From Oscillospiraceae bacterium (GTDB lineage Bacteria > Bacillota > Clostridia > Oscillospirales > CAG-272): a stretch of DNA of 64,000 nt. The stretch is from assembly GCA_015064685.1 (NCBI GenBank), contig SVRT01000001.1, forward strand, positions 158,560 to 222,559, given 5' to 3'. This document shows positions 20,001 through 28,786 of the stretch, piece by piece; position 1 is the stretch's first letter; every line of letters starts with the position of its first letter. Both the position numbers and the translations under genes were made by a program. Below the pieces are notes generated by a model. The model was not told the origin of the DNA, searched no databases, and saw only the letters and a program-made list of their open reading frames with translations.

Positions 20001-20756
20001 ATGGAAAACGGAAATGAAAAGCTTAAGGGCTCTGACGTTCAAGTAACTCTGTCATCCCCTTTTCTCAAATGGCTCGATAATTTCTGGTATCACCACAAGT
20101 GGAAGGTAATAATAATAACCTTTTTCGCTATTGTTCTCATAGTCGGTATTGTTCAGATGATCAAAAAAGAGGACTATGACATCGAGATAACTGTTGCGAC
20201 CCATACGGTGTATTATACCGAGAATCTTGATTCTCTCGAGGGCGCGCTCGTGGGACTGATGCCGAAGGATATCAACGGCGACGGGAAAAAGAACGTTCAG
20301 CTGAGCACCTACAAGATCTATTCCGAGGAAGAGATAAAGGCTGCGAATGAAGCCGAGACCGATGCGGAGGGAAATCCAATAATTTATGCCGACGAGGCAT
20401 ATAATAAGGAGCAGATCAAGCAGTTCAACAGCTACGTTATGACGGGTGAATGTACTATTATGATCGTAAGCGAGTACGTTTATAACGATATTATCAGCCG
20501 CCGCACCGACGACGCTGTCCTCACGCATATGAGCGACATTTTCGGTGATAAGCTCCCGGAGGGAACAACTCCCGACGGATACGGTGTAATGCTCTATAAA
20601 ACGAACGCATACAAGGATCTTGACGGCTTTAAATGGATACCCGACGACGCGATAATCTGCATAATGCGGCCTTTTGCCTTCAAGCAACAGAAGGGCGAGG
20701 AAAAGTATGCAAATGCCGTTGAGTATTTCAAAAATATAGTGGAATTCGGACAGTAA
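20001..20756 (+). CDS. Conserved membrane-anchored hypothetical protein
   Basis: 'WLDNFWYHHKW' + TM helix, 'DINGDGK' motif; RBS GGAG. Confidence 0.7.
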   Translation: MENGNEKLKGSDVQVTLSSPFLKWLDNFWYHHKWKVIIITFFAIVLIVGIVQMIKKEDYDIEITVATHTVYYTENLDSLEGALVGLMPKDINGDGKKNVQLSTYKIYSEEEIKAANEAETDAEGNPIIYADEAYNKEQIKQFNSYVMTGECTIMIVSEYVYNDIISRRTDDAVLTHMSDIFGDKLPEGTTPDGYGVMLYKTNAYKDLDGFKWIPDDAIICIMRPFAFKQQKGEEKYANAVEYFKNIVEFGQ

Positions 20757-20769
20757 AGGCGGCATCAGT

Positions 20770-21237
20770 ATGAAATTACTTTTTAAGCAGAGATTTACCT
20801 TTGGACTTGACACCTACGACATATATAATGAAATGGACGAGACTGTTTTCACGGTTAAGAGCAGATTTGCCCTTGGCAGAAAGCTCGAGATCTATGACCG
20901 TGGAGGAAATCTTGTCGGAACGCTTATCGGCAAGGTGTTCACCTTCCTTCCGACATTTGAAATGTACGTAGGCGATAGCCTGGTCGGAACGATACAGAAG
21001 CAAATGACCTTTTTTAAGCCGAAATTCATTCTGGATTGCAACGGCTGGGAGGTCAACGGAAGCTTCTGGGAATGGGATTATTCCATAGTTGACAGCACGG
21101 GCAAAGCAGTCGCGACACTTACACAGGAGTTTGACTGGACGGACACATACATACTTGATATCGTTGATGATGCGGATGCACTTGCGGTGCTGATGATAGT
21201 GATCGCAATAGACGCGGAAAAGGATTCAAGAGGATAA
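20770..21237 (+). CDS. LURP-one/Tubby-C-like (scramblase-like) protein
   Basis: 'KLLFKQR', 'FFKPKF', 'WEVNGSFWEWDYSI', 'WTDTYILDI...IAID'. Confidence 0.8.
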   Translation: MKLLFKQRFTFGLDTYDIYNEMDETVFTVKSRFALGRKLEIYDRGGNLVGTLIGKVFTFLPTFEMYVGDSLVGTIQKQMTFFKPKFILDCNGWEVNGSFWEWDYSIVDSTGKAVATLTQEFDWTDTYILDIVDDADALAVLMIVIAIDAEKDSRG

Positions 21238-21240
21238 ATT

Positions 21241-21272
21241 AAGCCACTTCATTTTGTGAAGTGGCTATTTTA
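21241..21272 (+). terminator. Rho-independent terminator
   Basis: AGCCACTTCA-ttttg-TGAAGTGGCT then TATTTT. Confidence 0.75.
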
Positions 21273-21392
21273 TTTGCTTAAATGAAAAAAAACAGGAAAA
21301 CTTCACAGGGAATTCATCATTGTATGATAAACTGTATAAGGAGGGGATTTTTGCAGGATCTCCCCCAAAAGAGAAACCACGGAGAAACAGAT

Positions 21393-21875
21393 ATGGGTAG
21401 ATTTAAAGAAAAAATGTACCGTTTTATGTACGGAAGATACGGAACGGATAACCTTTACAATTTTATCACTTATTTTACGATAGTATTGATCCTAGCGGAC
21501 ATAGTCGTCGCCGCATTCGTTCCCGAGGGAATAGTGCAGGCTTTGATCTCGCTTGCGTTCATGATCACAATTATGCTTCTGTTTATTTGGAACATATACA
21601 GAACGATGTCAAGACAGATTGCAAAGCGCCGTCGCGAGAACGAAAGATATCTCAAGATAAAAAGAGCGATAAAGAGATTTTTTTCGGGCAATACCTCAAA
21701 GAGCACAAGGACCTTCAACAGAGACGACGCGACGTACGTTTTCCGCGATTGCACAAAATGCGGAAGCACGCTCAGATTACCGAGAAGAGTCGGTAAAAAT
21801 AAAGTAAAATGTCCGCGTTGTTCGCATTCTTTTTATGTAAAGGCGAAAAAATACAACTACAAAAAACAAAGATAA
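21393..21875 (+). CDS. Membrane protein with C-terminal zinc ribbon
   Basis: 'FMYGRYGTD', two TM helices, 'CTKC...LRLPR...CPRC'. Confidence 0.75.
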   Translation: MGRFKEKMYRFMYGRYGTDNLYNFITYFTIVLILADIVVAAFVPEGIVQALISLAFMITIMLLFIWNIYRTMSRQIAKRRRENERYLKIKRAIKRFFSGNTSKSTRTFNRDDATYVFRDCTKCGSTLRLPRRVGKNKVKCPRCSHSFYVKAKKYNYKKQR

Positions 21876-21896
21876 CCCCATATAGAGGTGACAGAT

Positions 21897-23324
21897 ATGA
21901 ACAATTTCAGAAAGACGAAAATAGTATGCACAATGGGTCCCGCAAGCCTTCGCGAGGACGTGCTTGAGGATATGCTGAGAAGCGGAATGAATATTGCGCG
22001 CTTCAATTTCTCACACGGCACCCATGAGTACCATAAGGAAGGTATGGAGCTTTTCCGCAAGGTGAGAGATAGACTCAAAATGCCTGCGGCGATATTGCTT
22101 GATACTAAGGGACCCGAGATAAGGATCGGAAGCTTCAAGGACGGCTGCGTTGAGCTCAAGAACGGTCAGAGCTTTACGCTTACAGCCTGTGACGTTGAGG
22201 GAGACTCCGATAAGGTCTCCGTAACCTATAAAAAGCTCCCCGCGGAGCTTCACGCAGGTTCAAAAATACTTGTAGACGACGGCAGGATCGAGCTTAAGGT
22301 CGAAAGGATCTGCGATAACGATATTGTTTGCAAGGTCATAACAGGTGGCGAGCTTTCGGGAAAGAAGGGAATCAACCTTCCGGGCGTGCATATCAAAATG
22401 CCCTATATAAGCGAGCAGGATGAAAAGGATCTTCGCTTCGGCATTGAAATGGACATCGATTTTGTTGCGGCATCCTTTGTAAGAAGCAAGAATGACGTTA
22501 TAGAGCTTCGCAAGCTTCTCAATTACTACGGCGGTCATTCGATCAAGATCATAGCAAAGATCGAGAACTCCGAGGGTGTTGAGAATTTTGAGGAGATCCT
22601 CGCCAATTGTGACGGAATAATGGTCGCTCGAGGAGATATGGGAGTCGAGATCGAGTATGAAAAGCTCCCCGGACTTCAGAAAAAGTTCATCCGCAAGTGC
22701 TTCAGCGCAGGCAAGATGGTTATTACAGCGACACAGATGCTTGAGACTATGATACATTCCAAAACTCCGACGAGAGCCGAGATAACCGACGTTGCAAACG
22801 CGGTGTTCGACGGAACGAGCGCGGTAATGCTTTCGGGCGAGACCGCAATGGGAGACCACCCCGCGCACGTTGTAAGAGTAATGTCGAAAATCGCAGAGAG
22901 AGCGGAGCAGGATGCTATTGATATGAACGTTTACGCAGGTATCAGCCACGAGGATGATTTCAGCGATCTGACAAACGCGATCTGCGATGCCGCATGCACT
23001 ACGGCAAGAGACGTTAGAGCCCAGGCGATCATTGCGGTAACAACGTCAGGAACAACCGCGAGACGCGTATCGAAATTCCGTCCATCCCAGGCAATAGTTG
23101 CGGCAACACCCGACGTAAAGACCTTCCATCAGCTTTCTATGTCCTGGGGTGTATTCCCGGTGCTCGCATTGAACCAGGATGACACCGACAGACTTTTCCT
23201 TCATGCGATAGACTGTGCAAGACAGCTTGATATCGTAAGCAAGGGAGATAAGGTGGTCATAACTGCGGGCGTACCGCTCAAGCAGTCGGGAACGACCAAT
23301 CTTTTGAAGGTACAAGAGGTATAA
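21897..23324 (+). CDS. pyk: Pyruvate kinase
   Basis: 'RKTKIVCTMGP', 'DTKGPEIR', 'IMVARGDMGVE', 'VMLSGETA'. Confidence 0.98.
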   Translation: MNNFRKTKIVCTMGPASLREDVLEDMLRSGMNIARFNFSHGTHEYHKEGMELFRKVRDRLKMPAAILLDTKGPEIRIGSFKDGCVELKNGQSFTLTACDVEGDSDKVSVTYKKLPAELHAGSKILVDDGRIELKVERICDNDIVCKVITGGELSGKKGINLPGVHIKMPYISEQDEKDLRFGIEMDIDFVAASFVRSKNDVIELRKLLNYYGGHSIKIIAKIENSEGVENFEEILANCDGIMVARGDMGVEIEYEKLPGLQKKFIRKCFSAGKMVITATQMLETMIHSKTPTRAEITDVANAVFDGTSAVMLSGETAMGDHPAHVVRVMSKIAERAEQDAIDMNVYAGISHEDDFSDLTNAICDAACTTARDVRAQAIIAVTTSGTTARRVSKFRPSQAIVAATPDVKTFHQLSMSWGVFPVLALNQDDTDRLFLHAIDCARQLDIVSKGDKVVITAGVPLKQSGTTNLLKVQEV

Positions 23325-23348
23325 AAATCTTATTTAGGAGACAATAAT

Positions 23349-24329
23349 ATGGCAAACTATCAGAGTAAGGCAAAAAGTAAGGTTAAAAGAAGGATAAAGA
23401 ACAAGATAAGGAAATCCCCGATAATTATTGCGATCGTTTTGGTGCTCGCAATTATCGGTGTGCTTCTATATATGTTCGGAGACAAGATAGGAATAGACAT
23501 TTTCGGTGGGAAGAAGACCGGTGAGACCGCGCCGAAGCCCAACGACGGGGAGGTGCTATTCCACTTTATCGACGTAGGGCAGGGAGATGCGATACTTGTG
23601 ACGACCAAGTCGGGAAATATGCTCATTGACACGGGAGACCTGAGTGATGAGTCGCGCGATTCACTTGACGCATATCTTTCCGCCGCGGGTGTTGATAGCT
23701 TTGAATACGTCGTATTTACGCATACCGACGCCGACCATATCGGTAGCGCCGATCATGTCATACTTGAATACAACGTCAAAAACGTCATAATGCCCGATTA
23801 CGTGGCAGACACTCAGGTGTATGAAAGACTCCTTGATGCCTTAGACGAAAAGAATACTAACGTTATTCTTATCGGCGAGGACGAAAAGGATTGTGAGCAG
23901 AGCGGATATACATTTTATCTCGGCTCAATGCTCAATACCGTAATTGCACCAACCGAGGATTTCAACGATCCCAACGAAATGAGCGTTGTCATCAAATCGA
24001 CTTACGGTGAGACCAGCGTGATGTTTACGGGAGATGCGGAGAAGGAATCCGAGGAGGCAATACTTAAGACCTGGAAGACAAGCGAGCTTAAGTGCGACGT
24101 CCTCAAGGTCGGACATCACGGCTCTGACACGTCTACAACACAGGAGTTTCTTGATGCGGTTGCGCCAAAGATTGCAGTTATTTCCTGCGGAGAGGGCAAT
24201 AAGTACGGTCATCCCCATAAGGAGACGCTTGATAAGCTTGAGGCGGCAGGAGTCACGGTTTTACGAACAGATCTTGAAGGACACATTGTCATCAAGTCTG
24301 ACGGAAGAACGATAACAGTAGTTGAATAA
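23349..24329 (+). CDS. ComEC/Rec2-like MBL-fold metallohydrolase, membrane-anchored
   Basis: 'FIDVGQGDA', 'THTDADHIG', 'FTGDAE', 'KVGHHGS', 'YGHPH'. Confidence 0.88.
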   Translation: MANYQSKAKSKVKRRIKNKIRKSPIIIAIVLVLAIIGVLLYMFGDKIGIDIFGGKKTGETAPKPNDGEVLFHFIDVGQGDAILVTTKSGNMLIDTGDLSDESRDSLDAYLSAAGVDSFEYVVFTHTDADHIGSADHVILEYNVKNVIMPDYVADTQVYERLLDALDEKNTNVILIGEDEKDCEQSGYTFYLGSMLNTVIAPTEDFNDPNEMSVVIKSTYGETSVMFTGDAEKESEEAILKTWKTSELKCDVLKVGHHGSDTSTTQEFLDAVAPKIAVISCGEGNKYGHPHKETLDKLEAAGVTVLRTDLEGHIVIKSDGRTITVVE

Positions 24330-24358
24330 AAACAAAAAGTGAAGGAATTTTTATTCCT

Positions 24359-25288
24359 TCACTTTTTTGCTCTTATTGCGTCGCAAGCAATGGGTAGTAG
24401 CAATGCAAGCATTACCACCCCACCGCCGATAAGCAGGTCAGGACTTATCTTGTCCATTCCAAGTATAACCGAAGCCACCCCGGTTATGACCGCGCAAAAT
24501 GGCATCGTTAGCGTCACTGTCGCAGGACCTATATGCTTGATCGCTTCTGTTCTGCAAAGCCAACAGAGTGCGATATCGACAAGACCGAATACAGCAACAA
24601 CAATAAGTAGTTCCGGCTCGGGTGTAAATCTTGCCGTTTCCATCGGCATACCGTCAATCTTAATGAAGTTGAGAGATACGGCAAGAATAAGAGATACAAG
24701 AAAATATGCTGCGGTATGTATCATCATATAAAGAGTGATATCGAGCTTTTTTGCGAATACTGCGATAGATGCAGAGCATATGCCAAAGAGCAGACCTGCA
24801 GTTCCACAAAGAATGTCTCCTATGCCGAATGATAATCCCGAAAAGCTCATACCGGTTAGTATAAAGCAACCGACAAGGCAGAGAAAACAGGATGCAACCT
24901 CATCCCATTTTGGTCTTTTTCTTAGATAGATAAACATCATAATAGGCACGGAAACGCAAGCGAGGTGGTCAAGGAATGCATAGTGAGCGGGAGTTGTATA
25001 CTGAAGTCCTATACGTTGAAGAAGACACGCCACCGCGTTCAAGGCGCAGATCGGTACAGCTATTTTGAGGTAATCGGAGTTCAAGTGCTTCAATTTTTTC
25101 AAAGAAAGAATGAGGAAGAATAGGAATGCAAAAAAGGTAAGAATCGCGCTGAATACTGCCGCAGAGTAATATTTATAAAAATGCGCGTTCAAAATTGGAT
25201 CAATGCCCCAAAAAATGACAACAAAAATTAGCATCGCGTAATATATAGGCGATACACGGGGCTTTGTCTCTACAATATGTTTACCCAT
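24359..25288 (-). CDS. DMT/EamA family transporter
   Basis: About 10 TM segments, 'GLQYTT', 'GDIL'; start MGKHIV immediately after the upstream hydrolase stop. Confidence 0.8.
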   Translation of the reverse strand: MGKHIVETKPRVSPIYYAMLIFVVIFWGIDPILNAHFYKYYSAAVFSAILTFFAFLFFLILSLKKLKHLNSDYLKIAVPICALNAVACLLQRIGLQYTTPAHYAFLDHLACVSVPIMMFIYLRKRPKWDEVASCFLCLVGCFILTGMSFSGLSFGIGDILCGTAGLLFGICSASIAVFAKKLDITLYMMIHTAAYFLVSLILAVSLNFIKIDGMPMETARFTPEPELLIVVAVFGLVDIALCWLCRTEAIKHIGPATVTLTMPFCAVITGVASVILGMDKISPDLLIGGGVVMLALLLPIACDAIRAKK

Positions 25289-25289
25289 A

Positions 25290-26306
25290 TCAGATACCAG
25301 CCAATTCATGAACGTGAGGCCAGGTAGGATCGGCATAGAATCGGTGATCACCGTCGCCCGTGACAAGTCTGCAGCGGTCGGGCGCGCCGGCAGCGGCATA
25401 TATTCTGGAGATGTTGGCATATGCCTCCCTAACGCCTTCGTCGGGAAAGATGTCGTCTTTTATTCCGTTAACAACCACGAGCGCGCGTGGGGCAATAAGT
25501 CCGCCAAGCTCACCCATATCAAAATATTTAGCAATATTAGGCACGAAGTTACAAACGCAGTGATTCATAGCTGCGATCGAGGTCTTGTACGTGCAGACAG
25601 AGCAAGAGGGAATTGCAAGGCTGATGCGCTTGTCTATTGCAGCTGTGTATAATGTTGCAGTTCCACCGCCGGAGTTGCCCATAAGCATTATTTTGTTCTT
25701 GTCAATTATGTCAAAATGCTTGAGGAGTGCATCTATAACGCAAGAAACGTCGTGAACACGCTCTCCAATGGTCGTTCTTCCAAGAAGAATGGCAGTCATA
25801 CTCGATACGTGACAGTTGGGATCACCGTTGCTTCTTGCACCGCATTCACCAAAGTTTCTCTGCTCGACGGCAATGGCAATGCATCCCTCCTTGACCGCGC
25901 GGATAGCGTAATCACGATCTCCGTCGCGTATATCCTCCTCGTCGGGGGCGTGTATTACCCGTCCAAGAGAGATGTGCATACCCGTCGAATGCCCCTGAAG
26001 ACAGAGCATAACGGGTGCAGGTGTCTTGATATTGTGAGGAATGAGCATGACGGAGGGGAATGAATAGCCCTCCTCGCTCTCAATTGTGAAGCGGATCTCG
26101 GTGAAATCATCACACTTACGTTTATACTCAATGGTAAATTTGTCATCCAAGGGCTTTTTTATATTTTGAAGCCCCAAAAGAGAGGCAAGCTTTTGGTGTC
26201 CCTCCTTTTGCCAATCAAGGAAATCGCGAGTTCCGTCAAAACGAAATTCGGGTGTGGTTTCTTCTATCAATTTTTTATTATGCATCCAAGGCAGATTATT
26301 AACCAT
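25290..26306 (-). CDS. Alpha/beta hydrolase (dienelactone hydrolase/acetylxylan-esterase-like)
   Basis: Nucleophile elbow 'GNSGGG', 'LIAPRAL', C-terminal 'GDHRFY'. Confidence 0.85.
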   Translation of the reverse strand: MVNNLPWMHNKKLIEETTPEFRFDGTRDFLDWQKEGHQKLASLLGLQNIKKPLDDKFTIEYKRKCDDFTEIRFTIESEEGYSFPSVMLIPHNIKTPAPVMLCLQGHSTGMHISLGRVIHAPDEEDIRDGDRDYAIRAVKEGCIAIAVEQRNFGECGARSNGDPNCHVSSMTAILLGRTTIGERVHDVSCVIDALLKHFDIIDKNKIMLMGNSGGGTATLYTAAIDKRISLAIPSCSVCTYKTSIAAMNHCVCNFVPNIAKYFDMGELGGLIAPRALVVVNGIKDDIFPDEGVREAYANISRIYAAAGAPDRCRLVTGDGDHRFYADPTWPHVHELAGI

Positions 26307-26352
26307 AAGTCAGTACCTCCAATTAATTTACAGTATAATTTTACCATAACTA

Positions 26353-26381
26353 TTGACAATTTTGAATTGAAGGTTTATAAT
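26353..26381 (+). promoter_or_regulatory. Consensus sigma-A promoter of lysR
   Basis: TTGACA-17 bp-TATAAT in divergent intergenic region. Confidence 0.7.
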
Positions 26382-26415
26382 ACAGATGTGAAAAATATTC
26401 ACATCGGAGAAGAAA

Positions 26416-27264
26416 ATGGATACTTTCAAGGTAAAAGCAATTCTTGCAGTTGCAAAATATAAAAATATGTCGCGTGCCGCGGAAGAGTTTTCGTATACTC
26501 CATCTGCGTTTTCACATATGATCTCAGGATTTGAGGAGGAGCTGGGCGTAAAGCTCTTTGAAAGGAACTCACGCGGAGTCGAGCTTACCGATGCAGGAAA
26601 GAGTCTGATGTCCGAATTCGAGATAATGCTCGCGTGTGAGAGCAAAATACAGGAAAAGGCGCGAAGAATGGCGGTAAATAAGGGACAAGAGATACGAATT
26701 GCTACATACTCAAGCCTTTCACGTAATTTTTTGCCCGAAATAATAAAAAGCTTCAGGAAAAAATATCCTGAGGTGATAATTTCGGTCAAGGTCTCGGATC
26801 ATATCTCGGCTTTGCTTGATGATGGAAGTGCGGACGTAATATTCGGTTCAGTTACTGCGTTTAAAGGCAACGATTGGTTTGAGATCGCAGAGGATGAGTT
26901 TTTGGCTGTTGCTCCGGGCGGTTTTTTCGGAGAGCGTGAGAGCATAGAGCGCGAGGAGCTTTACTCAATGCCGCAAATTTATACCGACGATGAGCCGCTG
27001 CGCAATTACTTTGAGGTTGAGAGATTCTCGGAGCTTATGTATTTCCGATCAGAGGATGACCTCTCGGTAATAGATATGGTAAAAAAGGGAATGGGTGTAA
27101 CAGTATTGCCAAGCCTCGTTTTAAAGGGCAATAGCGATGGAGTACAAGCTATTCGCCTGATTCCGGCGCTTAAAAGAACGCTGGGCGTTGCTTTCAAAAG
27201 AGGTAAAAGACAAGATGTACTTGTTCTGTTTCTCGATCACGTAAAAAAATATCGGATGAAATAA
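26416..27264 (+). CDS. LysR family transcriptional regulator
   Basis: N-terminal HTH 'SRAAEEFSYTPSAFSHMI..FEEELGVKLFER...VELTDAG'. Confidence 0.93.
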   Translation: MDTFKVKAILAVAKYKNMSRAAEEFSYTPSAFSHMISGFEEELGVKLFERNSRGVELTDAGKSLMSEFEIMLACESKIQEKARRMAVNKGQEIRIATYSSLSRNFLPEIIKSFRKKYPEVIISVKVSDHISALLDDGSADVIFGSVTAFKGNDWFEIAEDEFLAVAPGGFFGERESIEREELYSMPQIYTDDEPLRNYFEVERFSELMYFRSEDDLSVIDMVKKGMGVTVLPSLVLKGNSDGVQAIRLIPALKRTLGVAFKRGKRQDVLVLFLDHVKKYRMK

Positions 27265-27280
27265 TAGTGTGGAGGTATAT

Positions 27281-28474
27281 ATGAGATTTGGCGTAAACTA
27301 TATTCCATCGAAAAATTGGTTGCACAATTGGATAGATTTTGATGAAAGCTCTGTCAGAGAAGATCTTGAGACGATAAGATCGATAGGACTCGACCATATC
27401 CGTGCGCATCTTATCTGGCCGTATTTTCAAGTCAACCCGACTGCGATGTCAGCGACCGCAATGAAAAATCTCGAGAGATTTACAAAAATATGCGAAGAGG
27501 TCGGGCTTGATTTCTGTCTCAGTCTCTTTACGGGATGGATGAGCGGATTTTATTTTATTCCGTCCTTTGTCAGTATGCATTGGGGCTTTTCAATGTTTTC
27601 GGGAGAGAAGGACAGAGAATATCAGCGCTTTTATATAAGAGAGATAGCCTCGGTCGTCGCAAATAGCCCGAGATTTATCGGATTTGACCTTGGTAATGAG
27701 CTTTCCTGCATTACAGGCTTGGATAAAAATACGACGGTTGAGATAAACGATGATTGGCAAAGAGATATGCTCGCCGTATGTGAGGAATGTGCCCCGGGTA
27801 AGCTCCACAATAACGGCGTTGACCATCAGCCCTGGTTTGCCGAGCGAGACTTTTCAAGAGAGTCACTTGTAAGCGACGGTGCTATCACACCCTTGCATAC
27901 TTGGGTCAAGTTTACGGGTGCTATGGAGCACGGAGGAATCTTGTCGACGTCGAGTATACATATCGCGGAATATATGGCTGAATTGGTGAAAGCATATTGT
28001 CCCGACCAAAGCCGAAAGATATGGATTCAGGAGTTTGGATGCTCAAAGCTCTGGCTTGAAAAAAAGGGCGAAAGCATCGAGCAATTTGTCCGTGATACCT
28101 TCCAAGTAATTTGCGAGACGGATAATATCTGGGGTCTTACGTGGTGGTGCTCGCACGACCTCTCTCCCACTCTTACCGGCTACGATCCTCTCGAATACGA
28201 CCTCGGTCTTATCGATATAAATAATAATCTCAAGCCTGCCGCAAAGGTGCTCTCGGAATTGATCTCGGAGTATAAAAAGGATCCTATCGTTCCGATAAAA
28301 AGAAACGAGGCGATCGTATATCACCCCGCCGATTCGGACGAGAACAGATGGCAGCCTGCGAAGGAATATATGGATATGATCGACAAAGGTCACCGCCCCG
28401 CCATCATCCTTGAAAAGCACGTAAACGACAAAGCCTACCTCGCCGCCCGAGGAATAGATACCATCCTTAAATAA
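27281..28474 (+). CDS. GH5 family glycoside hydrolase (resembles GH5_18 beta-mannosidases)
   Basis: 'RFGVNYIPSKNW', acid/base 'LGNE', 'HTW', nucleophile 'WIQEFG', 'TWWCSHD', 'EYDLGL'. Confidence 0.8.
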   Translation: MRFGVNYIPSKNWLHNWIDFDESSVREDLETIRSIGLDHIRAHLIWPYFQVNPTAMSATAMKNLERFTKICEEVGLDFCLSLFTGWMSGFYFIPSFVSMHWGFSMFSGEKDREYQRFYIREIASVVANSPRFIGFDLGNELSCITGLDKNTTVEINDDWQRDMLAVCEECAPGKLHNNGVDHQPWFAERDFSRESLVSDGAITPLHTWVKFTGAMEHGGILSTSSIHIAEYMAELVKAYCPDQSRKIWIQEFGCSKLWLEKKGESIEQFVRDTFQVICETDNIWGLTWWCSHDLSPTLTGYDPLEYDLGLIDINNNLKPAAKVLSELISEYKKDPIVPIKRNEAIVYHPADSDENRWQPAKEYMDMIDKGHRPAIILEKHVNDKAYLAARGIDTILK

Positions 28475-28724
28475 ATTTTGATTTGTCGGTGAGACGAACA
28501 ATCCCTCAGTCACGCACAAGGCGTGACAGCTCCCTTTACACAAGGGAGCTTTGTTGGTGGATGTTCGTACGCTTTATAGATGTGAAAACCTTTTAAATTT
28601 AAAGAAAACTTCACTATATCCGTGTTCTCCACCTTTCAGGTAAAGCTCCCTTGTGTAAAGGGAGCTGGCGCGCCTCCGTGCGCGTCTGAGGGATTGTTCG
28701 CCTCCCCGACAAACTGCAATTTAT
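28471..28724. repeat. REPIN/MITE-like long inverted-repeat element 1
   Basis: Arms 28471-28552 and 28642-28724 are reverse complements (GAACAATCCCTCAG...CAGCTCCCTTTACACAAGGGAGCTTT) around an AT-rich core. Confidence 0.85.
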
Positions 28725-28742
28725 AACCGATAATCACACAAC

Positions 28743-28775
28743 AAAATCAGCCCCCGATTTCGGGGGCTGAAATTT
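28743..28775. terminator. Terminator hairpin between convergent GH5 and fucI
   Basis: TCAGCCCCCGA-t-TTCGGGGGCTGA flanked by A/T runs. Confidence 0.8.
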
Positions 28776-28786
28776 GTTATATTAGA

